Assembly: GCA_964016885.1 (NCBI GenBank)
Contig: OZ024742.1
Span: 287,432,001-287,496,000, forward strand
DNA from: Eledone cirrhosa
Taxonomy: Eukaryota
Direction of reading: 5' to 3'
Length of the DNA: 64,000 nucleotides
Made by a program: the position numbers and the translations under genes. Below are positions 40,921-55,949 of the stretch, piece by piece. The notes beneath the pieces were generated by a model. That model ran no database searches. It was not told the DNA's origin and worked only from the letters and a program-made list of their open reading frames with translations. The first letter of the stretch is position 1. Each line of letters opens with the position of its first letter.

Positions 40921-43269
40921 CTAGGGCGGGTAAAATTCCCGAGATCCATGGACGAGTTCTCTCCAGCGGTCTCTGTCCCTCATTATCGCTGCCATGTCCT
41001 GCGTCTCCAACAGACCAGTGTCTGTCCTTAGGGCATCAACATACGTTAACCTTGGTCTTCCTCTTCCAGTGTGTCAATGTAGGGGCTCCCACAGGAGCAC
41101 TGAGTGCAATGTCACCTCTGGATGTCGGTGAGCATGTCCAGCTAACCTCAGTCTCCTCTGTGTCACTTTTGAGCTGACCTTTGGGAGGCTCCCATACAGC
41201 TCTGGGTTTTTCATCCTCAGTGTATACTGATTAATGTTCAGAGCCATCCACAGCCTTCTCGTGTAGCACCCATCCACCATCTGAGTGAGTTTCTTGGTCA
41301 GTGTCCACGTCTCAGACCCGTACAGCAGCACAGACTCCACTACAGCAATGAAGATGCGGATTTTCAGGTCTTTACGAGGTCCCACTTCCACACCGATCTC
41401 AAGCTGTGGCACGCCGCCCAGGCCTTTGGCTTCCTCTCAACCACATCATCCTCCGTATTCCCAATCTTTGCTCCCAAATACAGGAAGTCCTCAACCAATT
41501 CTAGCGGCTTCCAGGCTACATTAGTGATCCCCTCTGGCTTCTCAACATTCTCTACCAGATATTTTGTTTTAGTCTCATTCATTCTCAGCCCCACACTCAT
41601 CGACACAGTCTCAACCTCCTGCATCAAATCCTCTGCCTCCTTCACTGTATTTGTCACCAAAACTATGTCGTCGGCAAATTCAGCATCTGATATCTTTTTC
41701 GCCTTAACTCTCCTGCTCTGAGCCGGTGCTACAGTAAAGCCAGAGTCCTGGTGTTTCTCCAGTGCAAGGCGCATACAATAGTCCACTACGATGATAAAGA
41801 GGTAGGGAGCCAATGTATATCCCTGGAGCACTCCAGCCAGTATTTAAAAGAACTCTGTCCTCCATCAGGTGTAATGACTTGGGCTTTGGTGTTGGTGTAG
41901 AGCAGTGATATCAGGTCCACTATCTTCTTGAGGATTCCATATGCCTGTAAGATCTTCATCAGGCAGTGACGGTCCACAGAATCAAAGGCCTTCCTAAAGT
42001 CAATGAAAACCATGACCGCAGGAAGGCACTTTGCTCTAGCTCCCTCTAATATCCTCCTCAGCATCAGGATGTGACTGGTGGTTTATCTTCCCTCTCTGAA
42101 GCCGTTCTGGTTGTCCCTGAGCTTCTTCTCCATCTCAGGCTGGGTCCTGTTAAGAATCATCCTGTTGAGGGTCTTTGCCACAAGTGACATCAGTGAGATC
42201 CCCCTGTAGTTGTTGGTGTTAGAGAGATCTCCCTTCTTTGGCACTGGGACGATGTTACTGATCCTCCACTGATTCGGGGCAACTCCTTTCTACAGTGCCT
42301 GGTTACAGAACCCCAGGATGATATAATCAAAATCACACCTCTTCATCACCTCTGATGCCACCCCATCTTCTCCATGAGCCTTGCCCTCCTTGATCTTCTT
42401 CCTGGCTCTCTGAAGCTCCTCTCTGGTGAAGGGTTATGTCTCAATATCCAGTTCTTCAAACAGCCGCCTGATCTCCCCAGCGACCAACCTAAGGTTTAGG
42501 AAGAATCCGGGGAAGATGTGGACCTACATCTCAGATATGCACCTGTCCAAGTCCCAGATTGATTTCATTCGGGTGAGGAAAAAGTGGCGTAATAGTGTTC
42601 TGAACACAGAACCATACAACTATTTCAGTACACTGGGTAGTGACCACCAGCTTGTTATGAGTGAGGTCCGAGTGAGCTTAAGAAAGAGCAAGGCTCAGCC
42701 CCGGAGAGCAATCTATGACTGGGGAGCTTTCAAGGAAGATGATAAGCTACAGGAGAGGTTCACAGTGGAAGTGAGGAGTAGGTTCAGTGCTCTGTGTGGA
42801 GAAGCAGAGGAGAGAGAGATTGGATGAACTGAGGAGAGTGTGACGAGGACGTACGGGGACTTCACCGATGCAGTGGCGAAAGAAAGTGAGACCCTGGTGC
42901 CGAGGAGAAAGAACAAAAGGAAGCACGTCAGCTCTGCAGACCCCAAAGTGTGTGCAGCCAGAGAACACCTGAAAGCTGCCAAGGACTAATTCTATGCTGA
43001 TCCTACGGAGGAGAGGATGAAGACTGTGGAGGTGATGAGGGAAGAATTCTGTACCGCTTACATTGAGTCCAGAGAGGAGGCACTGATAGAGAAGATTAGA
43101 AGTATGGAGAGAGCGGTTGACAGGTCTGGATGTAAGGAGAGCTGGATGATCATCAACGAGATCACAGAGAGGAAGAGAAGGTGTTCGAGTCAGATCCAGG
43201 GAACAGGGCCCGAGGATAGGAAGAGGAAATGGCTAGGCCATTTTAGGAGCCTACTAGGAGAGCCACCCT

Positions 43270-43271
<2 letters not shown>
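40921..43271 (-). mobile_element. RTE LINE copy 2, 5'-truncated with a 5' inversion
   Basis: 40921-42480 matches 30542-32108; 42481-43271 is the inverted equivalent of ~32910-32120; (TA)n on both sides. Confidence 0.9.
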
Positions 43272-43331
<60 letters not shown>

Positions 43332-43617
43332 AGAAACCTAGCGGAGATATTGCTTAATATCGACGCGATGGTCCAGGTTTGTCAAATTATCCCGAGTTGG
43401 TTTTCTCGTTCCTTTGGTCCTTGCCGCTGACTCACCGGTCGCAGTCTTCAATTTGTCAAGCTATCTAAACGTAATGTTATTACTCTAAGGTAAAACTATC
43501 TTATTGAGTGCTTAGCTGCACATTCCGACGATTGCATTCGTTAGCATAGCTGCGGCCAGAGCTTCGATTATGCTGAACTTCCATTTGTATGTATATATAT
43601 GCTGAACTTCCATTTCC

Positions 43618-43731
<114 letters not shown>

Positions 43732-43765
43732 GAGATAGATAGATAGATAAGTAGAGATAGATATA

Positions 43766-44640
43766 TTTCTTTATTAGCCACAAGGGCACACAAGAAAAGG
43801 GGACAAAACAAGGACACATGCCGGGGATTTTACATACAATCGTGTAAATATATGAAACAAACAAATTTAATAATCGAAATCCCCAATAAGGGGGAGGCGC
43901 CACAAATGGGTTGTTTAATATCCCGTAGATAGAACAACCCCCAACTTCAGGAGCGTGTTGTGCAAGTGCTCCTTTCTTCCTTTTGCTCTCTTCTTCAACC
44001 TACAGGTTTATATACAGAGAAGGCCCAATCACTCGGGCCATTTTTTCTACATTCATCCACCGTTCAGTAAATTTACTGGGGTGCAGTGCCTCTCTCTCCA
44101 TTCTGATTATCCTTCTAAAGTGGTACCTAAAGAAGGGAATGAGTTGTTTTCCGGAGAAAAAAAGGCATCTGTCCTCAGTCCTCTCAATCTCGTCCACCAT
44201 ATAACCTCTTTCACAATAGACACTATACAGAGGAAAACCGCCTCTCTTTCGTTTTTGAAAGAAATTGGATCCTTACTATGGACTCGGCAGTCAACTGGAT
44301 TTATCCAATACGCGACAGCAGTTGTTCTGCGTAGTTCCACAGGTCGGTTACACCCGGGCAGTGTACAATTGCGTGCAAGATAGTTTCAATGTCCTGCCCG
44401 CATCTTGGGCACGTCCTCTTGGAAGGATCCCTGCTGGGGCGTCCATGCCTGTAGATCTTGTCACGGACAGCTCCTCAGTAGCACTGTCAGGCCAAGGACC
44501 TCTGGAACTTGTTCATAGGTCCCGGGCGGAAAGTCCTACAAAACAGACTGGTGAGTTCGTCGTCTTCGACGCCTAGAGTCTCTCCGAGCACGTCGTCGCC
44601 CTTGTGACGTACTAACCCTCTATAGAATGTCGAAGTGGAT
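43766..44640 (-). mobile_element. Tx1 copy F (solo, 5'-truncated, same subfamily as D) flanked by (GATA)n on both sides
   Basis: Minus strand ends GTGGCTAATAAAGAAA-TATATCTATC; the 5' junction runs into (GATA)n at 44638-44740. Confidence 0.9.
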
Positions 44641-44779
44641 AGATAGATAGATAGATAGGTAGAGAGAGAGCTAGATAGGTAGGTAGACAGGCAGACAGAG
44701 AGATAAGTAGATAAGTAGATAGGTAGAGAAATAGAGAGATACATAGTGCTTAAGCAGCGTGGTTGAGAGCTGAGCAAAA

Positions 44780-45260
44780 AAAGATATCCTGGAAGATATT
44801 GTGGAAAATGGAGCCAGCCAAGTTGCGATTCCTCGTGAGGTTAGTGTAAAATGTCATTCCAGTCCTGATCAGTATTAAACGGTGGAACTGGTATGATACA
44901 GTTGAATGTTATTGGTGTGGAGATTATACAGCCCTAGATAATGTTCTGGCAGCAGACAAGTCATCATTTATAAAGTATGCTGGACGGCATAATAAAACCT
45001 TGAGTATCATTCTATACAGTGGTACCAATGCAATGAGAATCAACACTAAGTTGCATCAAGGCGGACTAGAAAGGATGATGCAGGAGTATAAAGATGCAGA
45101 TTGTTCGTGTTTCTCACTCCTTTTGCAATAACAAAGCAACGCCCTGATCTTATCGTATGGTCTAATATGACAAAATAAGTCAGAATTGTTAAGCTGACAG
45201 CGCCTTGAGAGAAGGTTTCCTGGAGAGGTAGAATGTCATAGGTTTGTAAATATATCTATG
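44780..45260 (+). mobile_element. Decayed RLE-type (HERO/R2-group-like) non-LTR element, C-terminal region
   Basis: LWKMEPAKLRFLVR, RHNK, and RPDLIVWSNMTK*VRIVKLTAP (PD-(D/E)xK-like). Confidence 0.55.
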
Positions 45261-45360
45261 TCTAGCTTGATGACATTATACCAACGAAGGAAAGCAGAGA
45301 ACTGGTTTGTAAACCAGATGGAGGAGTGGACAAGGTTTCGTTATTAATATGGTATTCATA

Positions 45361-45522
45361 TGGGGGGTGGATTAGCAGTATCGGTAGAGGGTCGGACGCC
45401 ATACTTTGCAGCACAGAGTTACGTCCCTTTAACTTTGCCTTTCATCCTTACGGGGTCGATAAAATAAAGTACCAGTAACGTACTGGGTAATTGCTGGCCT
45501 TGTGCCAAAAGTAGAAACAATT
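45361..45522 (+). mobile_element. tRNA-derived SINE (internally deleted)
   Basis: Same family as 1345-1533. Confidence 0.8.
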
Positions 45523-45844
45523 ATTGATATGGTAGAAGAATGTAGGAAAAGACGAAAGCAGAGGGCATAGATGGTGTGATATTGTTTGAAGATACCGAAA
45601 TGGTTGTAATCTCCAGTCGATAATTAATGCAAAACATATTCTGCATTGCAATCTCTAATTAAAATTTGATATAATATAAAATATATATTATAATTTGATT
45701 TGTGATTTAGGCACCAGGCCAGTAAATTGTAGGAAGGACAAAGTTGACCTCAACGGAGTTTGAACTCGAACATAAAAGGCCACGTCTAAATGCCGCAAAC
45801 CCTTTTGTCCTAGATCTAACGATTCTGCCAATCCGCCACCCTCA

Positions 45845-45940
45845 TGATATATGATATATGATATGATATGATATGATATACGATACGATACGATACGATA
45901 CAATACAATATAATATAATATAATATAATATAATATAATT
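45845..45940. repeat. Compound pentamer microsatellite (GATAT > GATAC > AATAC > AATAT) between two SINEs
   Basis: Directly visible. Confidence 0.9.
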
Positions 45941-46129
45941 GTTTCTACTTTGGGCACAAGGCCAGCCAATTACTCAGTGTATTACTGGTACTTTATTTTA
46001 TTGTTGACTTTGTTTTCTGAGTGTATTATTTACGTGAATGACATTTGATAATTGTTTTGCTTTTGTTCTAGATGTGTCGGCGTTCAGATTTGTTTGTTTG
46101 ACGGTCCTACTTACTTGTTTGCACACACA

Positions 46130-46210
<81 letters not shown>

Positions 46211-46703
46211 GGAATAGCAACATCACAACTTGTAATTAAAGATAAAATGAAGAATAACAGACACACACATATAGAACAAACAACCAACAAGTGACAAGTA
46301 AATAAACACATAAATAAATAAACACACACACACACACATACACACCCACCCGGATGTAACGCATGCTCCAACTAAGCACGCAACACACAACACACTAAAA
46401 CAAGATGGTGTAGGACAGAACAAGAGAGAGAGACACAAAATAAAATCCTAGTCACTGGGGAGGTCACAGTATCTATAACGAAAGAGCTTTGACAATATAT
46501 AAACAACCATCCGGTTATCGAACCAACCAAACAACCAGCCAACCAACCTGAAATTTATGATAAATTGAAGTGTGTGTTTTTATTGGCAGCATGGCCATCT
46601 GTTGAAACAATATAACAATATCAGTTTCAACACACGTTTTCAGATAAGAAATCTTGCAAAACAAATTAAAAAATGAAGTATATATATATATATATATATA
46701 TAT

Positions 46704-47030
46704 AGGTAAAAAGGAAAAGGAAATGCTGACAAACTTTTCCCAGTGAAAAATAGGTTAATTAGGAATATGTATAAATTAGAAATAAGTATTAGTTAGTATT
46801 CAGTTTTCGTTTTAAGTTTTTACCGGTTGCGCATTTCTTATGCCTTTTGCAAAAATCACGAGCACTTTATCTCAAAATTATTTTTGAAAAGCATAAGAAA
46901 TGCGCAACCGGTAAAAATTTAAAACTAAAACTGAATACTAACTAATACTTATTTCTAATTTATACATATTCCTAATTAACCTTATTTTTCACTGGGAAAA
47001 ATTTGTCACCATTTTCTTTTCCTTTTTACT
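46704..47030. repeat. ~140-bp-arm inverted repeat next to (TA)n (duplicated at ~51540-51865)
   Basis: 46704-46846 is the reverse complement of ~46883-47030. Confidence 0.9.
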
Positions 47031-47117
47031 AATATATCACAACTCGTGTGTCACACCTCTATTAAAAAAAAAATATATATATATATAACTACAGTTAATA
47101 TACATTACACATATATA

Positions 47118-47172
<55 letters not shown>

Positions 47173-47176
<4 letters not shown>

Positions 47177-47289
47177 AAAATGTTTGACCCCGACGGCAGA
47201 GCTCAAGCCGTTTCGACGGCTATTTCTGGAGTCCAGAAATAGCCGTCGAAACGACTTGAGCTCTGCCGTCGGGGTCAAACATTTTCCTA
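47173..47289. repeat. 117-bp palindrome centred on 47231 (perfect in the duplicate at 51997-52113)
   Basis: TAGGAAAATGTTTGACCCCGACGG...CTGGA-G-TCCAG...CCGTCGGGGTCAAACATTTTCCTA. Confidence 0.95.
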
Positions 47290-47366
47290 TTACCCACTCT
47301 ACTACCCTAAGTATTGAGTACTCTGATGCATTATGGTCCATCTGGTTCCTTACAACACCTCCTTCG

Positions 47367-47425
<59 letters not shown>

Positions 47426-47979
47426 AGTGTGTGTGTGTGTGCGTGCGTGCGTGCGTGTATAGTGTATATATATGTAAGGTATGTGTATGTATATTTTATT
47501 TAGGCTAGTTATTGATGGTCAGTAGATTGAATGGAACATTACTGGTCTTATTTACGTATATAAAGGTGCAAACAGAAAACAAAATATAGGCAACAAATAA
47601 CAATATATAATATATAATAAGAGAATTCCTCAATACCCAGGGGAAATTAAGAACCTCCACAGATTCGAGAACACCCTGATCACCAAGGACACGAGGAGAG
47701 TGCCCGTCTCCCCTTTGTTCTCTCCGTCCTATAAGCACATGCTTAGAGTATGGTCATTCAAACAAGCCATTCTCGCTACATTTACCCACCCTTTAACAAA
47801 TATACTGAATAGCGCACTTCTCTCTCTATTCTCACCTTTCTTTCCAGGTGGAACTTGAAAAACAAATCAAAAATCGGCGGGATTTGAACTCAGAACATAA
47901 AGCGGCGTAGCTATATGCTGCAAAGCATATTGTCCGACTCTCTGCTGATTCTGCCAATCCATTGTCTTGACATTTAAAT

Positions 47980-48546
47980 AATTGTTTCTACTTTAGGCAC
48001 AAGGCCAGCAATTACCCCAGTACATTACTGGTACTTTATTTTATCGACCCCGTAAGGATGAAAGGCAAAGTTAACCTCGGCGGGATTTGAACTCAGAATG
48101 GCAAGGGCCATAACTCAATGCGTCAAAGCATGGCGTCCGACCCTCTACCGATACTGCCAATTCAATAATATAATATAATATAATATAATATAATATAATA
48201 TAATATAATATAATATAATATAATATAATATAATATAATATAATATAATATAATATAATATAATATAATATAATATAATATAATATAATATAATATAATA
48301 TAATATAATATAATATAATATAATATAATATAATATAATATAATATAATATAATATAATATAATATAATATAATATATAATATAATATAATATAATATAA
48401 TATAATATAATATAATATAATATAATATAATATAATATAATATAATTGTTTCTACTTTTGGCACAAGGCCAGCAATTACACAGGGTATTACTGGGTCTTT
48501 ATTTTATCGACCCCGTAAGGATGAAAGGCAAAGTTAACCTCGGCGG
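47980..48546 (-). mobile_element. Two SINEs (47980-48160, 48446-48546) separated by ~280 bp of (TAATA)n
   Basis: SINE bodies are visible, and the pentamer array extends from the SINE tail. Confidence 0.85.
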
Positions 48547-48690
48547 TATAATTTAATACATGACCTGGATGCGGCCCGGCCCCCTTAGAGTGTAAGAAGT
48601 TAAGGGCCGAAACTCTCGCATGAGGGGAGGTTTCTTCTCTGAAGACTTTCTGCTGTCCAGCTCTCCTGAGAGTTTCTTACCATCACATAA

Positions 48691-49332
48691 TCTGTATATA
48701 TATAAAATTAAGTATGTGTGTGTCTGTCTGTCTGTGTATTAGCTATAAGGGCCTACATCTTACGACCAATTTTCATTAAACTTTACAGGCTCATAGATTA
48801 GTCATCGGGGAGTGTTTTCTATATATCAGCGTATCATTTTTTTAATTCCGGGGTCATTCTGCAGATAAAAATCGATAGGGGGGGGGGGTCACCTTTTTTT
48901 AGGTATCGAAAAATAAGATTTTTGGCTCTAGCTCCCACATTTTGCCATCGATTTCGTTCAAATTTTAAAGCAAAATAGAATTTATCATTGCACATCCTGT
49001 AATGGCTTTACATTTTGGATTTTTTGTTCAGGAACGGCGTGGCATCCGCTTAAATATTCGAAAATACCACCTTTTCGCACAAATTTCCGCCTTTTCGGCT
49101 CTAGCTCTCACATTTTTCAACCGATTTCGTTCAAATTCGAAACTCCCTCTCCCAGCATGCCCCTTCGTCAGTCATGCGCGTTTCTCAGTGATAGAGGTCA
49201 TCACCACCCTCCCCCGCATGGCCTGTGTGTGGCCATAGATGAGTCATCGAGTAGCAGTCGCTAAGATCAACTCCTTTTCATCAAAGCAGATATTATTTTA
49301 CCTACCCAGGCAACGCTGGGTACTGCTGCTAG
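48691..49332 (+). mobile_element. Non-autonomous Helitron, second family
   Basis: A|TCTGTATATATATAAAA start; 3' hairpin TACCCAG-GCAACG-CTGGGTA then CTAG|T; internal ~45-bp repeats. Confidence 0.85.
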
Positions 49333-50296
49333 TATAATATAATATAATATAATATAATATAATATAATATAATACAATTTAATATGTTATAATATTATCA
49401 ATACGCAGTTATATGTGTAATGATAAGATACCAATACACATGGAGCGTGGGAGCCCGCAAGCGCTGCTACGTGAATGTATACATCGTCTTAGGTGAACAC
49501 GCACATACAGTGTTTATCCATATAAACACATGAAAAAATAAAAACGATACTAAAAATGATATAGAAACAATATCAAAAACAACGATAAAAGCATTCATAT
49601 AGAAGCATTTTACATAAGGTTGGGGTGTTCTTAGAGCGAATATTATGAGTCGTTATTTGAGTTTTCCGAAGTGTAATGCCGCGTAGTTGGCGGATATGAC
49701 AGCCACAAAGAGGCTTTTAATGGTGTAACATGGCTTGGTGTAATGGCGACTCACTGGTTAGCCTTGGAGACAGCGCCGAAGATGTTCGCTGAAGCGATCA
49801 TCTAGGCAACAATATGTATCACCAATGTAGAAGTCACAGCAGAGTTTGTATATGATGTAACATATAATGTTGGTGGGTGTACATTTGATACTCTGATCTG
49901 GGACGTTGATAAATGTGGCATTGTTAATTATTAACGTCCTATATCACACGAAATTACCGCCAAGTCTGTCACCCTCTCCCTTCCCCTTCTCTTTCTTCAA
50001 TTCTTAAATAGTCCTCGTTCCATCCTTCCCTTTCTTCTCATTTATGGCATTTATAGTCCTTCCCATTACTTTCCTATACAGCCAGAGCTGCCCTTCTTTA
50101 CCCCTTCCCGCTTTTTTCATTATTTAATTTTGTTTATATATATATATTTATATTTCCATCATTGTATAACTTCTGGGTAAAAATGTTTTATAAAAAAGAT
50201 GAATTACCTGACTTCATAGAAAGTTTCTAGAGACCTAAGACTGCTGTTTGTTGTTTGATATCTAGCAATCCAATACTGACAGAATATTAATATAAT

Positions 50297-50512
50297 GGTT
50301 TCTGATTTAGGCACAAGGCCAACATTTTGAGGGAGGGAGAAAGTTGATTAAATCGACCCTAATGCATTACTGGTACTTTATTTTATCGACCTCGTAAGGA
50401 TGAAAAGCAAAGCTAAACTCGGCGCTATTTGAATTCAGAATGCAAATGGACGTAACTTTATACTGAAAAGCGTATTGTCCAACGCTCTACCGATATTGCC
50501 AATCCACTGCCT
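50297..50512 (-). mobile_element. tRNA-derived SINE
   Basis: Family body motif on the minus strand. Confidence 0.8.
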
Positions 50513-50715
50513 TAAAAAAGAATAATAATAATAGAAATGTAAAAAGCAGTAATGATGATGGTGATTTCTTTAAAGACCACTCGGACCGAAAACACTGAGG
50601 ACATGCATTAGACAGAGATAGTGGGGATATGGATGTTTAATTCATGATTGGCTTTGTTTTATGATTGTATTTTTATGAGTTTGGAACCCGATGTTCTTAG
50701 CCACTAGATGTCTTG

Positions 50716-52909
<2,194 letters not shown>

Positions 52910-54514
52910 CCGTAAAGGGATGTAACTATGCTAGAAAGCATGGCGTCCGACCCTCTACCGATACTGCCAATTCACATAATATTGTTTCTACTTTTGGCAC
53001 AAGGCCAGCAGTTACCCAATGCATTACTGGTACTTTATTCTATCGACCCCGGAAGGATGAAAGGCAAAGTTAATCTCGGCGGGATTTGAACTCAGATCAT
53101 ACAGGGAGGTAACTCTATGCTTAAAAGCATGGCATCCGATCCTCTACCGATACTGCCAATCCACCGCCTTTCACATAATATTAGTCTGTCATTAATATAG
53201 ATATTTTCCCCGTAGTATAATTATTTTTAGATCACATTTCCATTCTTCCTGCATTAACTATATTAACAAACACTTAACTGTAGCAATACTCAAAGTCTTT
53301 CTTCGGGAGTGCTGTTTTGAAATTCCAAAACCAAATAGTGAGGATGTAACAGTAAGATATAGTTAGGAATGAGGCCACATTAAAAACAACCAAATTCTAT
53401 TTATATAACACTTCTTTTTATGTTCTATTTTCCCACGCTAAGAAAAATATACAATTTTATACATTTACTTAGAAGTTCATTTATCATTACTTCGGTAAAT
53501 ACGGTGAAGGTTATGCTTCGCTGATGAAATCATCATAAGGCTGAAACATTTCTTGCGCTGTTCTTGTACTTGACGTCAAAATTAAAACAAAATTAACCAT
53601 TCCATTGACAAATATTGTCTTCATTTTCTTCACCACGTATCTATTGCTAGTTAGTGTTGTGATGCTCCACACTAAATATGTTATCCCTCACTCATCTAAT
53701 CGAATGGATGATAAAGAGACGACCGAATAATTTAACAATCATAAATCCATTCAGTGTACAGATAAAAAGTGGGTAACTTATCCTACAAGAAACAAAATCG
53801 CAGAAAAATAAGTCACAGGAGAAAAATCCCCATTTTATTTAAGTACCATAAAAAAAGTAATTTATATAAAACATTACATACCTTTTATTCATAAATATAG
53901 ATGAGAAGAAAAGCAACTGCAATTTAAACTTCCCTCCCCCCTAGTGAGTGAAAAGTGAGACCTTTTGCTTGTGGTTATATTTCCTTTCACAGGTCAAATA
54001 CATATCGCCAATTAAACCGTTTCTTTGCCATATTTCTAATGAAAGCCACTTCTATGATTTTCAAATATGAAAATAATCAAGAATTTTGAAGGCATTGAGT
54101 AAAATAATTAACCTTTTCAATATTAAACTGGTATTTGGAACATAACATAACAAAGATTTTAGAAAACTATAAATACGGTAACAGCTTTGTAGTGTAGAAT
54201 CAAGGTTCATTTCAGGAGGTTTGGTTCAAACAGGGCTTGAGGCACGCCATTGTTGGATCAGAATTTTCTGCGATGCTCAATACGATTACGAGAGAATTCT
54301 GACGTCATTAATCGGTGGTGAAACTTGAATTGTAGTGCTGTTTATAACCCATTAGAAAACCCCGTGTAATTAGTAGTAGTTTCGGCCTATCCCAAGTATA
54401 ATAACGTCATTATGTCATTTACTCACAAATATATATATAAATCACTCCAGCCCTAGAGATCTGACAGAGTTTCCATCTACTTAAAGACTACACACATACG
54501 CATACGTACATATA

Positions 54515-54765
54515 CACACACTATAATACAACAGAAACATATACACACACAATCGCACACATCTAGATATACTAAGACACACACGCGCGCGCGCGCGCGC
54601 ACACACACTATAACACAACAGAAACATATACACACACAATCGCACACATCCAGATATACTAACAGACACATACAAACACATACACACACATATACACTCA
54701 CACACTATAACACGAGAGAAATATATAAACACACAATCGCACACATCTCGATATACTAACAGACG
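54515..54765. repeat. ~90-bp imperfect tandem repeat, 3 copies
   Basis: CACTATAA..CAACAGAAACATATACACACACAATCGCACACATC..GATATACTAA repeated. Confidence 0.75.
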
Positions 54766-54927
54766 CACAAACACACACACACACACATACGCACACACAC
54801 GCACACACCCATAGTATATGTTTATAATGAAGAGGTAGCCACACATTTTAAAGTCAATGAAACAAGAACTGAAATACTTCAATACTCCCTTATATGTACT
54901 TGACTCTAATGTCAAGTACACACACAC

Positions 54928-54958
<31 letters not shown>

Positions 54959-55120
54959 TGTATGTATGTATGTATGTATGTATGTATGTATGTATGTATG
55001 TATGTATGTATGTATGTATGTATGTATATATATATATATATAGAAAGATTTGAATGGATACAGTTTAGTTGAAAGGAATTTATTGACACGTGTTTCTATA
55101 ACAGTTACATATATATATAT

Positions 55121-55444
55121 CTAAGGCGGGTAAAATTCCCGAGATCCATGGACGAGTTCTCTCCAGCGGTCTCTGTCCCTCATTATCGCTGCCATGTCCT
55201 GCATCTCCAACAGACCAGTGTCTGTCCTTAGGGCATCAACATACGTTAACCTTGGTCTTCCTCTTCTAGTGTGTCCATGGTGGATGGGTGCTACACGAGA
55301 ATGCTGAGGATGGCTCTGAACATTAATCAGTATACACTGAGGATGAAAAACTCAGAGCTGTATGGGAGCATCCCAAAAGTCAGCTCAAAAGTGACACAGA
55401 GGAGACTGAGGTTGGCTGGACATGCTCACCGACATCCAGAGTTG

Positions 55445-55446
<2 letters not shown>
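55121..55446 (-). mobile_element. RTE LINE copy 3, very short, with a 5' inversion
   Basis: 55121-55279 matches 30542-30700; 55277-55446 is the inverted equivalent of ~30901-30733; (TA)n on both sides. Confidence 0.9.
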
Positions 55447-55476
<30 letters not shown>

Positions 55477-55588
55477 CATTATAAAGAAAGAAGAAATATT
55501 AGATATAATTAATAAGATATAACATACCCAAATTTCTTTATTATCCTCGACTACGTAGTTTCGCATGTGTCTGTGTATTTCTTTATAT

Positions 55589-55632
<44 letters not shown>

Positions 55633-55776
55633 CATTTATATATAGATGTTTGTATATATATATATATGCGAAGAAATACCGATGATGGCTGGAAGATCAC
55701 TCATGAGGGACAGTCCTGTCTTTTTGCTCTAATTTTATTAATATGTATCCCATTTGCAACAACGCAGCACGCCATT

Positions 55777-55845
<69 letters not shown>

Positions 55846-55889
55846 GCATTTATATATTTATATAATATACATTTATATATATATATGCA

Positions 55890-55928
<39 letters not shown>

Positions 55929-55949
55929 GTATGCCTATATATATATTTC

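Larger units (their letters stand above)
45997..48098 (+). repeat. Copy 1 of a ~2.1-kb local direct duplication
   Basis: Near-identical to 50716-52909 except for microsatellite lengths and small indels. Confidence 0.9.

Noticed and set aside
53521-53560. CTGATGA...GAAAC hammerhead-like string
   Set aside because: No convincing stems I-III or cleavage triplet.
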